From positions 1 to 24,528 of IMG/VR virus record IMGVR_UViG_3300033151_000203: a DNA stretch of 24,528 nucleotides; one strand, given 5' to 3'. Positions 8,038 through 16,328 of the stretch are shown in pieces (position 1 is the first letter of the stretch; each line of letters starts with the position of its first letter). The notes below the pieces were generated by a model. The model was not told where the DNA came from, did no database searches, and worked only from the letters and a program-made list of their open reading frames with translations. Position numbers and translations under genes: made by a program. Source of the DNA: a virus (Duplodnaviria > Caudoviricetes).

Positions 8038-8722
8038 ATTTACAACCTTCTTTAATAGCACAGAAGAAGCAATAGCTATTTTTCTTTGGTTCAAACTCTT
8101 TGTCTTCGTTAATTACAGTGTATTCCAAGTCAAACTTGGCTCTGATTTTAGCATGGTCTTCTCTTAGAAATGTGACTTTCTCAGTTTTCTTATGCTCAAC
8201 GAATAGATATGCGTTAACTATCTTTTGCACTTTTGGATAAAGAGCAAACAATATATTAGCAGAGAGATGTAGCTGACCAATACCAGAGGCGTAAGGTCTG
8301 AACTTGCCAGACTTCCAGTCGATGATATGAATTTCTTCTAAAGAGATAAATACGATCATGTCCATGATTGCTCTAAATCGTAGCTTATCAGGTCGTTCAA
8401 ACCAGTCGCAAAGTTCCCAGTCATGTGTGACTGCTATCTGCTTCTCAGGATTGACCGACTCTGCTCCAGCCTTTTCCACATAGTTATCAATTATACCTAC
8501 AGCATTTGCTGCTTCATTACACAGTTTGGGCTCTTTGCCCTCTCCTCTTTTCCATAGTACATACTCCTCTAGTTGCTTATGGATACGGTTACCTTTCACA
8601 AACGCAGGATTTTCCCCTTCATCAGGGTAGTCCTTGTCTATGTACATAGACTTGAACTGTGCAGGACAGCCTCTATATACGTTGATTCTGGACCATGATA
8701 GTGCTATTGGATTATTTGTCAT
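8030..8722 (-). CDS. Cas4/RecB-like PD-(D/E)XK exonuclease with Fe-S cysteines
   Basis: SWS...GCP, GNRIH..LE, MD...IIDWKSGK, QL, C-terminal CxxC...C. Confidence 0.88.
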   Translation of the reverse strand: MTNNPIALSWSRINVYRGCPAQFKSMYIDKDYPDEGENPAFVKGNRIHKQLEEYVLWKRGEGKEPKLCNEAANAVGIIDNYVEKAGAESVNPEKQIAVTHDWELCDWFERPDKLRFRAIMDMIVFISLEEIHIIDWKSGKFRPYASGIGQLHLSANILFALYPKVQKIVNAYLFVEHKKTEKVTFLREDHAKIRAKFDLEYTVINEDKEFEPKKNSYCFFCAIKEGCKYG

Positions 8723-8894
8723 TTATTTCCGCCTTATTGATTCGGTTAATTAAGTCTTCAGATTCAGCAATTTGATATCCTATCATTTTACCTATACTGA
8801 TATCTTTTTCTACCATTATTGTAAGGACATTAAGAATTGCTTCGTGTATAGACAATTCTATTTTAAGTGATCTTACTGTTTCTTTTTCACTCAT
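8712..8894 (-). CDS. Hypothetical protein
   Basis: 60-aa ORF overlapping both neighbours in the operon. Confidence 0.65.
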   Translation of the reverse strand: MSEKETVRSLKIELSIHEAILNVLTIMVEKDISIGKMIGYQIAESEDLINRINKAEINDK

Positions 8895-9634
8895 TTGGAT
8901 ATCACTAGTACTGCATCCTCTAACTCACTATTATCAGCTAACTTATTAAGCAGTCTAAGTATTTCCAGATTAGCGATCTTCTTATCCATGTGGATACCAA
9001 ACAATGCATAGGCATCTTCACGGCTGGGCTTCTTAGGCAGTACTACTGGATCAACTACTTCAGTACATTCATTGTAATCACCTTCTATTGGATCTTCATC
9101 TTCATCTTCTTCTTCTTCTTTCCAGTCAGGAGGATTAAGCTTAATCCATTCCTTGAACACTTGCTTTAACTCAGCAACGGAGTTTGTCCCTGACTTAATT
9201 TGATTTAACTTGTTACAAATCTCTAAGTAGTTATATGCTTCTGCGTACTTAGCACTAAGCGCTTTAACTGCTCCGCCACTAAGTTTGAGATTCTTAGTTG
9301 ATTCAACTGTAAGAGATGGTTTAATATCACCAGCCTCAACTAACTCATTCCATAGTTCGTCATCTATAGAAGCTAACTCATATAACGTTCTGGTAGATCC
9401 TGGAAGTAACTCAATATTATCACTGAATCTTTCACTAGCATTATGGATTTTACTCCAGTATGTTAAATGAGTACTGCCAAATCCAAACCAGTTAGCCATA
9501 CATGTCTTAAATTCTTCTGAGTCAATGTCTTCTTTAAACGAGTTAATTCTTCTAGCAGTTTCTAATGTAGATTCCGCTGTTTTCTTTAGTGCGACTCCTA
9601 TATAGGATTCCCATTTAGTAAGTGATTTTTTCAT
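8891..9634 (-). CDS. Hypothetical protein, DUF3102-like N-terminus and acidic linker
   Basis: AAGGAG RBS and own promoter; LPGS.RTLYELA...G.I.P motif; EEEEDEDED tract. Confidence 0.7.
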   Translation of the reverse strand: MKKSLTKWESYIGVALKKTAESTLETARRINSFKEDIDSEEFKTCMANWFGFGSTHLTYWSKIHNASERFSDNIELLPGSTRTLYELASIDDELWNELVEAGDIKPSLTVESTKNLKLSGGAVKALSAKYAEAYNYLEICNKLNQIKSGTNSVAELKQVFKEWIKLNPPDWKEEEEDEDEDPIEGDYNECTEVVDPVVLPKKPSREDAYALFGIHMDKKIANLEILRLLNKLADNSELEDAVLVISK

Positions 9635-9667
9635 TTTTACTCCTTATATTAATGATTATGCGTGATT

Positions 9668-9697
9668 ATTATAATACGTTTTATTATAGATGTAAAC
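9668..9697 (-). promoter_or_regulatory. Sigma70-type promoter GTTTACA-N17-TATAAT
   Basis: TTTACA (9696-9691), 17 nt, TATAAT (9673-9668). Confidence 0.8.
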
Positions 9698-9705
9698 ACC
9701 TATAT

Positions 9706-11517
9706 TTAAAAAGGTTTTAATTCTGCTAAGTTATAACCTATAGCGTAGTCAAAAGGAAATTTAAGCTTAATAACTTTTTTATATTCTTTACTGTAATCTA
9801 TGTTATTAGCGAATTCTTTTACTTCAAGATGGTCATCGCATTCTGGTATTAGCCATGTAAGAGAGTCATGTACAGCCAACTGGAATATCATATCAGGAAA
9901 CTCTCTGGCTATAGATGCTATAGCTAATTCAGCTAAATCTGCCCCAGATCCTTGAATAGGCTGGTTAATAGCTGAGCTCTCTCCTGTCCAATCCATATTG
10001 GTTATACCAAACCTTCTACCCGCTAAGCTCTCAGAGTATCGATTTGTACGTGCAGAGCTAACTGCTTTAATCCAGTACTCTGGAATTCTTTTAAAAGTAC
10101 GCTTGTATGAATTGAGATAGTGAGTGGCTTCGCGGATAGTGATTACCTTATCATACTGCTCAAAAAACTTAGTTTGTAAGCTCTTCGCACCAATACGATA
10201 CATAGATGATAGATTGGTCAGCTTGCCGCAATTTCTACTATCTATTATTTCAGGATCACCCTCGTTATTACCTTTGACTATCTCGTCATATGGTATACCG
10301 TAAATGTCTTCAGTCATAGTAGAGTGTAGGTCTTTACCAGTATTAAAGGCGTTTAACATGGTGGGGTCGTTAGAATAGTGAGCCATCAGTCTAAGCTCCT
10401 GTGCTGCGAAATCCATGTACAAGAACTTATAGCCTTTAGGTGCTATCATAGCTCTCTTAATACACTTGTCTTTACGCGGTAGCTGATGTATAGCGATACC
10501 TACTTGGAATTTCTTCTTCATCTTACTGGAATAGCTCATTCTACCAGTATATGAATTGAACAATCTTGGAGTAGGATGCATCTTATCTGACTTTAAATAC
10601 TCTAGGGTCTTGAAGAACCCGTTGATATATTTGCTCATAACCGTTAGCTTAGCCTTAGCAGCCAGTAAGTCAGTTAGTCGCTTATCACCAGTATCTAATG
10701 CTATATACTTAAGATCACCAGCAGCAGTACAAGGGTTACCAGATGGTGTTAGGCTTCTAGGAGTCAAACCCCAGTAACTGAATAATAACTTAGCTAGTTT
10801 AGTAGGTGAGCGGATGATACTCTCTGACAGTTTTAACTCTCTAAGCGCAGAGTTTATACCTGCTTGATATACTACGCGGCTATTTTCTACTTCATCATAG
10901 TCAATAAGCACACCTTGCATGTACCCACGTGCTAATGGAAGTAAACAAGCACACTCTATTTCATAACCGTTTAGTTGCTCTTCAGGTAGAAGTGACTCAA
11001 GTCTAATAGCCAAGTCCCTAGTTAAGTGGCAATCTTGGATCACCCTCTTTATCCAGTAGTCTATATCGTCTTCCATGTTGTCCTTCATCTCCAGGAATTC
11101 GTCCTTCTCTGGACTATTAGGTAACCACCTCTCAACGCAGTTCCTTAAAGAGTATGTAAACTTCTCATCTTTCTGGCTATTGTTCAGCCACTTAGCCAGT
11201 AGAGATGTGTCTCTCCAGCGTATTCTATTTAGCCCGTCATACCCATGTACTTTTATCAGACATGATATGTCGAATATGGCATTGTGACAATAGACTCGCT
11301 TACCTTGTAGGAACTCTATCTCTGTTACAAGGTCATTCTTATAATTGGTACCATCATTGCTCATGACCTTACCATACTCATTTGGTCCTGCTACACCTAT
11401 CATCTTCACATAAAATTCTTTGCGGTAAGGCTCTAAAGCCCATGCGTTGGTGATAGTCTTCTTTGTTGGATCGAAAGGACCTGTCTCGATATCCAACGAG
11501 TATAAATCGTTACTCAT
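9706..11517 (-). CDS. polA: Family A DNA polymerase with 3'-5' exonuclease domain
   Basis: Exo I DIET, Exo II HNAIFD, TGRMS, motif A DFAAQELR, motif B RNCGKLTNLSSMY, INQPIQGSGAD, motif C VHDS. Confidence 0.95.
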   Translation of the reverse strand: MSNDLYSLDIETGPFDPTKKTITNAWALEPYRKEFYVKMIGVAGPNEYGKVMSNDGTNYKNDLVTEIEFLQGKRVYCHNAIFDISCLIKVHGYDGLNRIRWRDTSLLAKWLNNSQKDEKFTYSLRNCVERWLPNSPEKDEFLEMKDNMEDDIDYWIKRVIQDCHLTRDLAIRLESLLPEEQLNGYEIECACLLPLARGYMQGVLIDYDEVENSRVVYQAGINSALRELKLSESIIRSPTKLAKLLFSYWGLTPRSLTPSGNPCTAAGDLKYIALDTGDKRLTDLLAAKAKLTVMSKYINGFFKTLEYLKSDKMHPTPRLFNSYTGRMSYSSKMKKKFQVGIAIHQLPRKDKCIKRAMIAPKGYKFLYMDFAAQELRLMAHYSNDPTMLNAFNTGKDLHSTMTEDIYGIPYDEIVKGNNEGDPEIIDSRNCGKLTNLSSMYRIGAKSLQTKFFEQYDKVITIREATHYLNSYKRTFKRIPEYWIKAVSSARTNRYSESLAGRRFGITNMDWTGESSAINQPIQGSGADLAELAIASIAREFPDMIFQLAVHDSLTWLIPECDDHLEVKEFANNIDYSKEYKKVIKLKFPFDYAIGYNLAELKPF

Positions 11518-11530
11518 TACGTTCTCCTGT

Positions 11531-11872
11531 TTATTTTCTTTCTATTGCGACTCTTTTAATTTTACTGCATACTCTATCAGCATAGTCGCTCAGTATTTCA
11601 TCTAGCTCTTCATGTATCCACCCAGTAGGGTACTGATTGACCATGCCAGACTTGTCTACTTCTACGCCATCTTCTATGGCTCTCTTTCTTATCTTACACT
11701 CTATCATGGACAGAGATAGCTTTTCATGTCCAGGTATTAGCTGTGTATGGTGTAAGGATATTACTTCTACATTTCTATTGTTAATTGCCTCTCTTATAGT
11801 GGTTTTAGTAAAGAATGCTTTTAACTCCGCTATATCTGCAGCAGAGTGTGTAGCAAGTATGTCTTTAATCAT
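11531..11872 (-). CDS. Hypothetical protein, possibly DNA-binding
   Basis: 113-aa ORF coupled (ATGA) to the upstream gene; G.VN.YP motif reminiscent of antirepressor-associated domains (weak). Confidence 0.65.
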   Translation of the reverse strand: MIKDILATHSAADIAELKAFFTKTTIREAINNRNVEVISLHHTQLIPGHEKLSLSMIECKIRKRAIEDGVEVDKSGMVNQYPTGWIHEELDEILSDYADRVCSKIKRVAIERK

Positions 11873-12450
11873 CTGCGTCTCCAGTTTAATACTATATCTC
11901 TAGCTATTACTAGCTCATTGAATTTCTCTGTACTTCCACCTTTATCAGGGTGCACGATTTTAGCTCTTATATTAAACGCCGCTTTAACTAAATCTAGATT
12001 CTTATCGTTAAAATGCAGTATGTCTAACGCATCCATGTAATTCATCTTTGGCTTAGGCTTAAAGACTGGTGGCTTAGTGGTGATCTTCTCCTCGTCTACC
12101 ATAGACTTTACTTCTGCAGAGGAAGAGCGTGACTTACGAGCCTTTGCTCTAACTGCTTCGCGATTCTCTGGAGGTAGTTGAAGTAAGAATATCTCGGACT
12201 TCAAATTCAAATTTGTCCCTGGGGACAGTTTTGACTCTGAAAGCTTCATATACTTGTTACATCTACCATGCTGAATAGGCATGTTAGCTGTTACCCAGTC
12301 ACCAAACTCACCATGTGGTAGACTAGCCTTGACTTTAACTAGTTCTGCACCACACTTAATAGCAGACTCTACAGCTGATTGTAGGTGGTTCTCCACCTCT
12401 CTGGCATACTTGACTGCCAGTTGTTCACTTGGGCATAAATCGTTCCCCAT
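11869..12450 (-). CDS. DUF3102-like domain fused to a C-terminal DnaJ J-domain
   Basis: AIKCGAELVKVKASLPHGEFGDWV (DUF3102-like); YMDALDIL...LVKAAF..RAKIVHPDKGGSTEKFNEL (HPD J-domain). Confidence 0.85.
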   Translation of the reverse strand: MGNDLCPSEQLAVKYAREVENHLQSAVESAIKCGAELVKVKASLPHGEFGDWVTANMPIQHGRCNKYMKLSESKLSPGTNLNLKSEIFLLQLPPENREAVRAKARKSRSSSAEVKSMVDEEKITTKPPVFKPKPKMNYMDALDILHFNDKNLDLVKAAFNIRAKIVHPDKGGSTEKFNELVIARDIVLNWRRR

Positions 12451-12752
12451 TACGTTCTCCTGTTCAATGTTAACCAGTAATTCTGGTTGAATATTAGCTC
12501 ATAATTTTTGTACACCTCCTTTAATTGTTTTATTTCTTCGTTGTTAAATATAGCCATACGTGAGTGCTTACTCTGTATACAGCACATGATATATAACTGG
12601 TATAATTTCTTACTGGTGACCATGACTGGCTCCTCTCTCACCACGATAAAGGAGCCGTCTAGTGAAGACTTGAACAAAGCGCTACGCACTTGGTCATAGT
12701 AAGTCCTTACTATCAGTCTACTTTGGATCTGAATCAGGGAAGAAGTGCTCAT
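12450..12752 (-). CDS. Hypothetical protein
   Basis: 100-aa ORF overlapping the primase end, with TAATG coupling to the next gene. Confidence 0.6.
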   Translation of the reverse strand: MSTSSLIQIQSRLIVRTYYDQVRSALFKSSLDGSFIVVREEPVMVTSKKLYQLYIMCCIQSKHSRMAIFNNEEIKQLKEVYKNYELIFNQNYWLTLNRRT

Positions 12753-14853
12753 TTATATAGTTATTCTCTGACTTCCGCTTGTTATGAATGTCCCAGTCTC
12801 TGATGGCGTACGTAGTACACATGGTACGTTTACCAGTAGATGTGGTTGTCTTGATCTTACAGATACGCCGCTCAGTACTTATAATGTTCTGCACGTCATA
12901 TTCTATAACAGGCATGTCGAAATGTCTGCCTATTTTCATGTAATTACTAGTATCCTTGCGGTATATCCTCCATAACTTCTTAGCAAAGAATTGGTTCAGT
13001 CCCATGTGAGTCATGATACCAAGCACTATGCTCTGGTCTGTCTGGATGTCTGACTGGAATAAGGTAGGAGCGTCCTGAATCATCTGCTCAAACTCTATCA
13101 CGTCATCACCACGTGAGCTATTGATAATCTCATCTTGGTCAACCATCTTAGGTGCCTCAACTTCAGTAATGTCTGGTGACACTGAGTAATCCAAGTAAAA
13201 CCTCTTCAACTTCCTCAGGAAGACTGACTGAGGATCGTCTAACTGCTTACCAAGTGATGAATAGACTGACTTGTTAAGCGCTCCGCGGTTGCATACTATG
13301 GGTGCAAATCTCTTATTAGACTCATGGAGCTTGATAGCATCCACATAGTTAGAGTGAATCTCTGGTATACGGTAAGTACGGATCAAGTTTGTACGTGCAG
13401 AGTATAGCATCTTGACGGTTATAAGGCTCTCTGAGAATAACTTCTTGATGCTCTCCAGTACAGTGTTAGAACTGAAGTTGTCCTTCAAGCCGCCAGGCTC
13501 GTTGATCATTACTGTCATGCTTTCATTCAGATACTCATTCCTCCCCGCTTTGATGTCAGAAATCTCTGCCTCCTTGAAGTACTTATGGCCTACACCAAGT
13601 AGTCTACTGAAGATAGAGAAGCTAAAGTCTTTGCCAATACGATACTTAGTACTGATAATCACGAAGCCCCAGTGAGGTGTCCATAACAAGTTCTGTACCT
13701 TCGCCGCTCGCTGACTGTTCACCATGTCAAGCGTCCGAACATTGTCTGAGCATAAGTTCTCTATCATGGCGCGATAGTTGGACAAGTCTGGATCGTCCCA
13801 CTGAACTGGTTCGTCCCAAGGCTTGTATGACACAGGCTCGTAGCTGTTGAAGTATAGTTTATCATCATCACCAGTGAATATGTCCTCTTCAGCTGGCTTG
13901 AACCCTATCCCCCAGACTGATGTACGGTCAGGATGCTTGATCCACTCACGCAGTACGCTGATTGGTTTGACAGTAGTACCAGTAGATACCATGATAGTAA
14001 GAGGAAAGTTGAGCTCCATGTTAGCTATGATATTATACGCACCAGTATGGATGTCATATATCTTAGAGTCACACTCCATGAAGATAAATCTCTCTAGTGT
14101 GTACTGCATGATATCAGCTGTTTTCAACCTGTCTCTGTTGACCTTCAGCATCATGTCGGAGAGCTCAGGGGTATCGCCATCTACTGCCTCAAACTCTAGT
14201 AGGGCAAACTCTGCGGCTATCTCTTTATCGCTGAGCCCCTCCGCCACCCATTTGCCAGAGTAATATAACATAGTGGAGTCTCTACTACCATGTGGAATCT
14301 TCTCAGTTATGGTAGGCAGATCGATCAGATTGGTAATAGCTCTCTTCGCAGGTAGCTCCAGGGTGCAGTCAATGACTGGAATGGCTTTCATTATGACGTA
14401 CTTGCCCTCTGTCCACTCAGAGAGGCTAGTGTCAGGCCCTATCACGTAACCATCATCACCACGTATGTCCACGTTAGAGAATAAGTGACCAGTACATGTC
14501 TTGACTGGATAACTAGGACGGTTATAGTAGAGGTGATACCCACCAGACTTTGACTTGACTGTGAAGGTATTAGTGTCAAGACCTAGTTGCCTCAGCTTGT
14601 GCAGAGTCTCATCTGCCAGACCAGGGGTTTTATTATCTATGTCGATGATGGATAAGGTCTTGCCGCCACGCACTCCGTATGTATTAGGGAATGGTCGCAT
14701 AAAGTTAGAGTCTTTCTTCTTTGAATAGTCCTTATATGGTGCTGACCAGTCAAGTGTTGAGAAGTCGATTGATTGCCATCCATAAGGACGATACAGCTTG
14801 TTACTGTCTATCCATAATGGTATTAGCTCGGCTTCCAGTGTAATTCTGTTCAT
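12718..14853 (-). CDS. Bifunctional primase-polymerase (AEP) with PriCT-like and C-terminal helicase-like (DUF5906/D5-like) domains
   Basis: IIDID, TVKSKSGGYHLYY, DIRGDDGYVIGP, GSRD; helicase region GKD...MINE...HSN...KRF; GGAGA RBS before ATG 14853. Confidence 0.9.
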   Translation of the reverse strand: MNRITLEAELIPLWIDSNKLYRPYGWQSIDFSTLDWSAPYKDYSKKKDSNFMRPFPNTYGVRGGKTLSIIDIDNKTPGLADETLHKLRQLGLDTNTFTVKSKSGGYHLYYNRPSYPVKTCTGHLFSNVDIRGDDGYVIGPDTSLSEWTEGKYVIMKAIPVIDCTLELPAKRAITNLIDLPTITEKIPHGSRDSTMLYYSGKWVAEGLSDKEIAAEFALLEFEAVDGDTPELSDMMLKVNRDRLKTADIMQYTLERFIFMECDSKIYDIHTGAYNIIANMELNFPLTIMVSTGTTVKPISVLREWIKHPDRTSVWGIGFKPAEEDIFTGDDDKLYFNSYEPVSYKPWDEPVQWDDPDLSNYRAMIENLCSDNVRTLDMVNSQRAAKVQNLLWTPHWGFVIISTKYRIGKDFSFSIFSRLLGVGHKYFKEAEISDIKAGRNEYLNESMTVMINEPGGLKDNFSSNTVLESIKKLFSESLITVKMLYSARTNLIRTYRIPEIHSNYVDAIKLHESNKRFAPIVCNRGALNKSVYSSLGKQLDDPQSVFLRKLKRFYLDYSVSPDITEVEAPKMVDQDEIINSSRGDDVIEFEQMIQDAPTLFQSDIQTDQSIVLGIMTHMGLNQFFAKKLWRIYRKDTSNYMKIGRHFDMPVIEYDVQNIISTERRICKIKTTTSTGKRTMCTTYAIRDWDIHNKRKSENNYINEHFFPDSDPK

Positions 14854-14975
14854 ATTGTCTCCGATAAAGAGACTAGTTGGGTTACCATACTCGTCTCCAG
14901 TGTGATAGCGGTCTATATGAGTGCTGTGGCAAGGGCAGTAGACCACTGCCCAGGGAGCTACCCTTCGCCACTTAA
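14854..14975 (-). ncRNA. Putative structured 5' leader of the primase mRNA
   Basis: Three-way junction 14926-14971 plus alternative GAGAC/GTCTC hairpins, one covering the RBS. Confidence 0.5.
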
Positions 14976-14985
14976 ATGCAAGACC

Positions 14986-15015
14986 ATTATATCATATATT
15001 TTAAGGCTTGTAAAC
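14986..15015 (-). promoter_or_regulatory. Sigma70-type promoter GTTTACA-N17-TATAAT (primase/pol operon)
   Basis: TTTACA (15014-15009), 17 nt, TG-extended TATAAT (14991-14986). Confidence 0.8.
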
Positions 15016-15022
15016 GTCTCAT

Positions 15023-15289
15023 TTACTCAACAATCAGCTCATAATGGTGGTGATTGTTGACTGAGAGTGAACAATCAATAGGGGTCCAGTTATGGTGTAG
15101 TTCATCGCAGTTACTACCAATATGCCAACGCTTGTCTGATATCTCAGAGTCGTCGCAGTAGTGAGTTCTCTTACTAGACTTGAAAGTATCAGATAATTCA
15201 AACCAGTATTTACATAATTTACAGGCTCTAAGAGAAACTAACTCACACTTAGTCTCTTCTATGGCTTTTATTCTTGTTTCCAGATTCAT
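15023..15289 (-). CDS. Hypothetical Cys/His-rich small protein
   Basis: GGAGA RBS; CxxC and further Cys/His residues. Confidence 0.7.
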   Translation of the reverse strand: MNLETRIKAIEETKCELVSLRACKLCKYWFELSDTFKSSKRTHYCDDSEISDKRWHIGSNCDELHHNWTPIDCSLSVNNHHHYELIVE

Positions 15290-15437
15290 TTTAGTTCTCC
15301 AAGTTGGATAAAGCTCCCAAATTTGCTATATTTTGGGAGTGAGCTGGGGTACGTTGGACAATAATTAATTTGCTTGGCAAATATCCAATAAAATATTAAA
15401 GTTGGGTGACGGACTTATATGGGACATATTAATATAG

Positions 15438-15584
15438 CTATAAATCCTCGTCCATGATTTTACTTACTGTCTCTAGTATAGCGTTTAGTAAGTATGGTTC
15501 TACTATATTTACGTGACCATATTTTAATTCTAACGCTCTGATTAATAATAACCTGTATTCTCTTTCTAATTCTTTTGTTGTCAT
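15438..15584 (-). CDS. Small hypothetical protein (48 aa, below ORF-track cutoff)
   Basis: MTTKELEREYRLLLIRALELKYGHVNIVEPYLLNAILETVSKIMDEDL*; AAGAGA upstream; ATGA overlap with the upstream ORF. Confidence 0.55.
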   Translation of the reverse strand: MTTKELEREYRLLLIRALELKYGHVNIVEPYLLNAILETVSKIMDEDL

Positions 15585-15748
15585 TTTATTCTCTTGTTAA
15601 ACCTACCAAGTAAAAGAATACTACCGGAAGTGATAGGACCAACCAGGTAGTACTTGAGATTAGTGGTACCAGATGAATGATGGCACCAAGGATATATAAG
15701 ATACCTATCAAGATGATGCCGAATAAAGTAATCGGCCATGACCAGCAT
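15581..15748 (-). CDS. Small hypothetical protein (55 aa, below ORF-track cutoff)
   Basis: AAGAGGA before ATG 15748; MLVMADYFIRHHLDRYLIYPWCHH...RFNKRIK*; stop overlaps the next start. Confidence 0.45.
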   Translation of the reverse strand: MLVMADYFIRHHLDRYLIYPWCHHSSGTTNLKYYLVGPITSGSILLLGRFNKRIK

Positions 15749-15761
15749 GATTCCTCTTTAG

Positions 15762-15909
15762 TGCTGTTCCAGGTAAATATTGCTAGCCGCTAGGCACCAG
15801 TAAATATTGCTAGCCGCTAAGCACCAGTAAATATTGCTAGCCGCTAAGCACCAGTAAATATTGCTGTTCCAGGTAAATATTGCTAGCCGCTAGCCGCTCG
15901 GCCGCTAAG
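15762..15909. repeat. Iteron-like tandem repeats (27-bp unit)
   Basis: GTAAATATTGCT at 15773, 15800, 15827, 15854 and 15873; unit GTAAATATTGCTAGCCGCTAAGCACCA. Confidence 0.9.
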
Positions 15910-15969
15910 TGATAAATAATGGACATATCAAAATTGGTCTCCCACAAAATATCCATTGAAGTCCTTTAA

Positions 15970-15982
15970 AATCAAGAGCTTA
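15970..15982 (+). promoter_or_regulatory. IHF-consensus site
   Basis: AATCAAGAGCTTA matches WATCAANNNNTTR. Confidence 0.5.
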
Positions 15983-16170
15983 TAAGTTCTATTGTATACT
16001 GCTAAATATTCTTAAACTAAGTGTAGTAATTAATAGTATATATATACTAGTACCAAAAATGTTTGCATATCATGCAAAATGTGCGCAGGGCACGCGGCCC
16101 AAGGCCTGCGCCCATATCAACTTTTAGCAATTGGAACAACATTTTTTTTGCAAGCCACTTTTTGCTTATA

Positions 16171-16183
16171 AATCAAGGGCTTA
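16171..16183 (+). promoter_or_regulatory. IHF-consensus site
   Basis: AATCAAGGGCTTA matches WATCAANNNNTTR, with upstream T tracts. Confidence 0.55.
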
Positions 16184-16295
16184 GCGCGGAGTAACCGGGA
16201 GCGTGATGCTTAGCGCCAGGTGTTTTTAGTTATTTTTACCTGGAAATTTAGCTATTTTACCTGGTAAGTGGCATCTATGACTTTGTTTCACCCAT

Positions 16296-16323
16296 AAAAA
16301 AGCCCAAGTAATTACTTGGGCTT
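16296..16323 (-). terminator. Intrinsic terminator of the 112-aa gene
   Basis: Perfect palindrome AAGCCCAAGTAATTACTTGGGCTT running into a T6 tract on the minus strand, just past the stop codon. Confidence 0.85.
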
Positions 16324-16328
16324 AGGTT

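Larger units (their letters stand above)
11502..12464. repeat. 30-bp direct repeats (11502-11531 and 12435-12464) flanking a two-gene cassette
   Basis: ATAAATCGTT-ACT/CCC-CATTACGTTCTCCTGTT, 28/30 identical, 933 bp apart. Confidence 0.85.

Noticed and set aside
14854-14946. N-terminal extension of the primase from GTG 14946
   Set aside because: A good GGAGA RBS precedes ATG 14853, and the extension coincides with the structured leader.
15290-15360. CTCCCAAA/TTTGGGAG hairpin as a tRNA or defined ncRNA
   Set aside because: Single hairpin with no cloverleaf or T-loop motif; no tRNA was recognised anywhere in the window.
15586-15780. Very hydrophobic alternative minus frame (WSWPITLFGIILIGILYILGAII...) resembling a holin
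   Set aside because: No start codon or RBS at its 5' end. The hydrophobicity is explained by T-rich third positions in the overlapping 15581..15748 frame.
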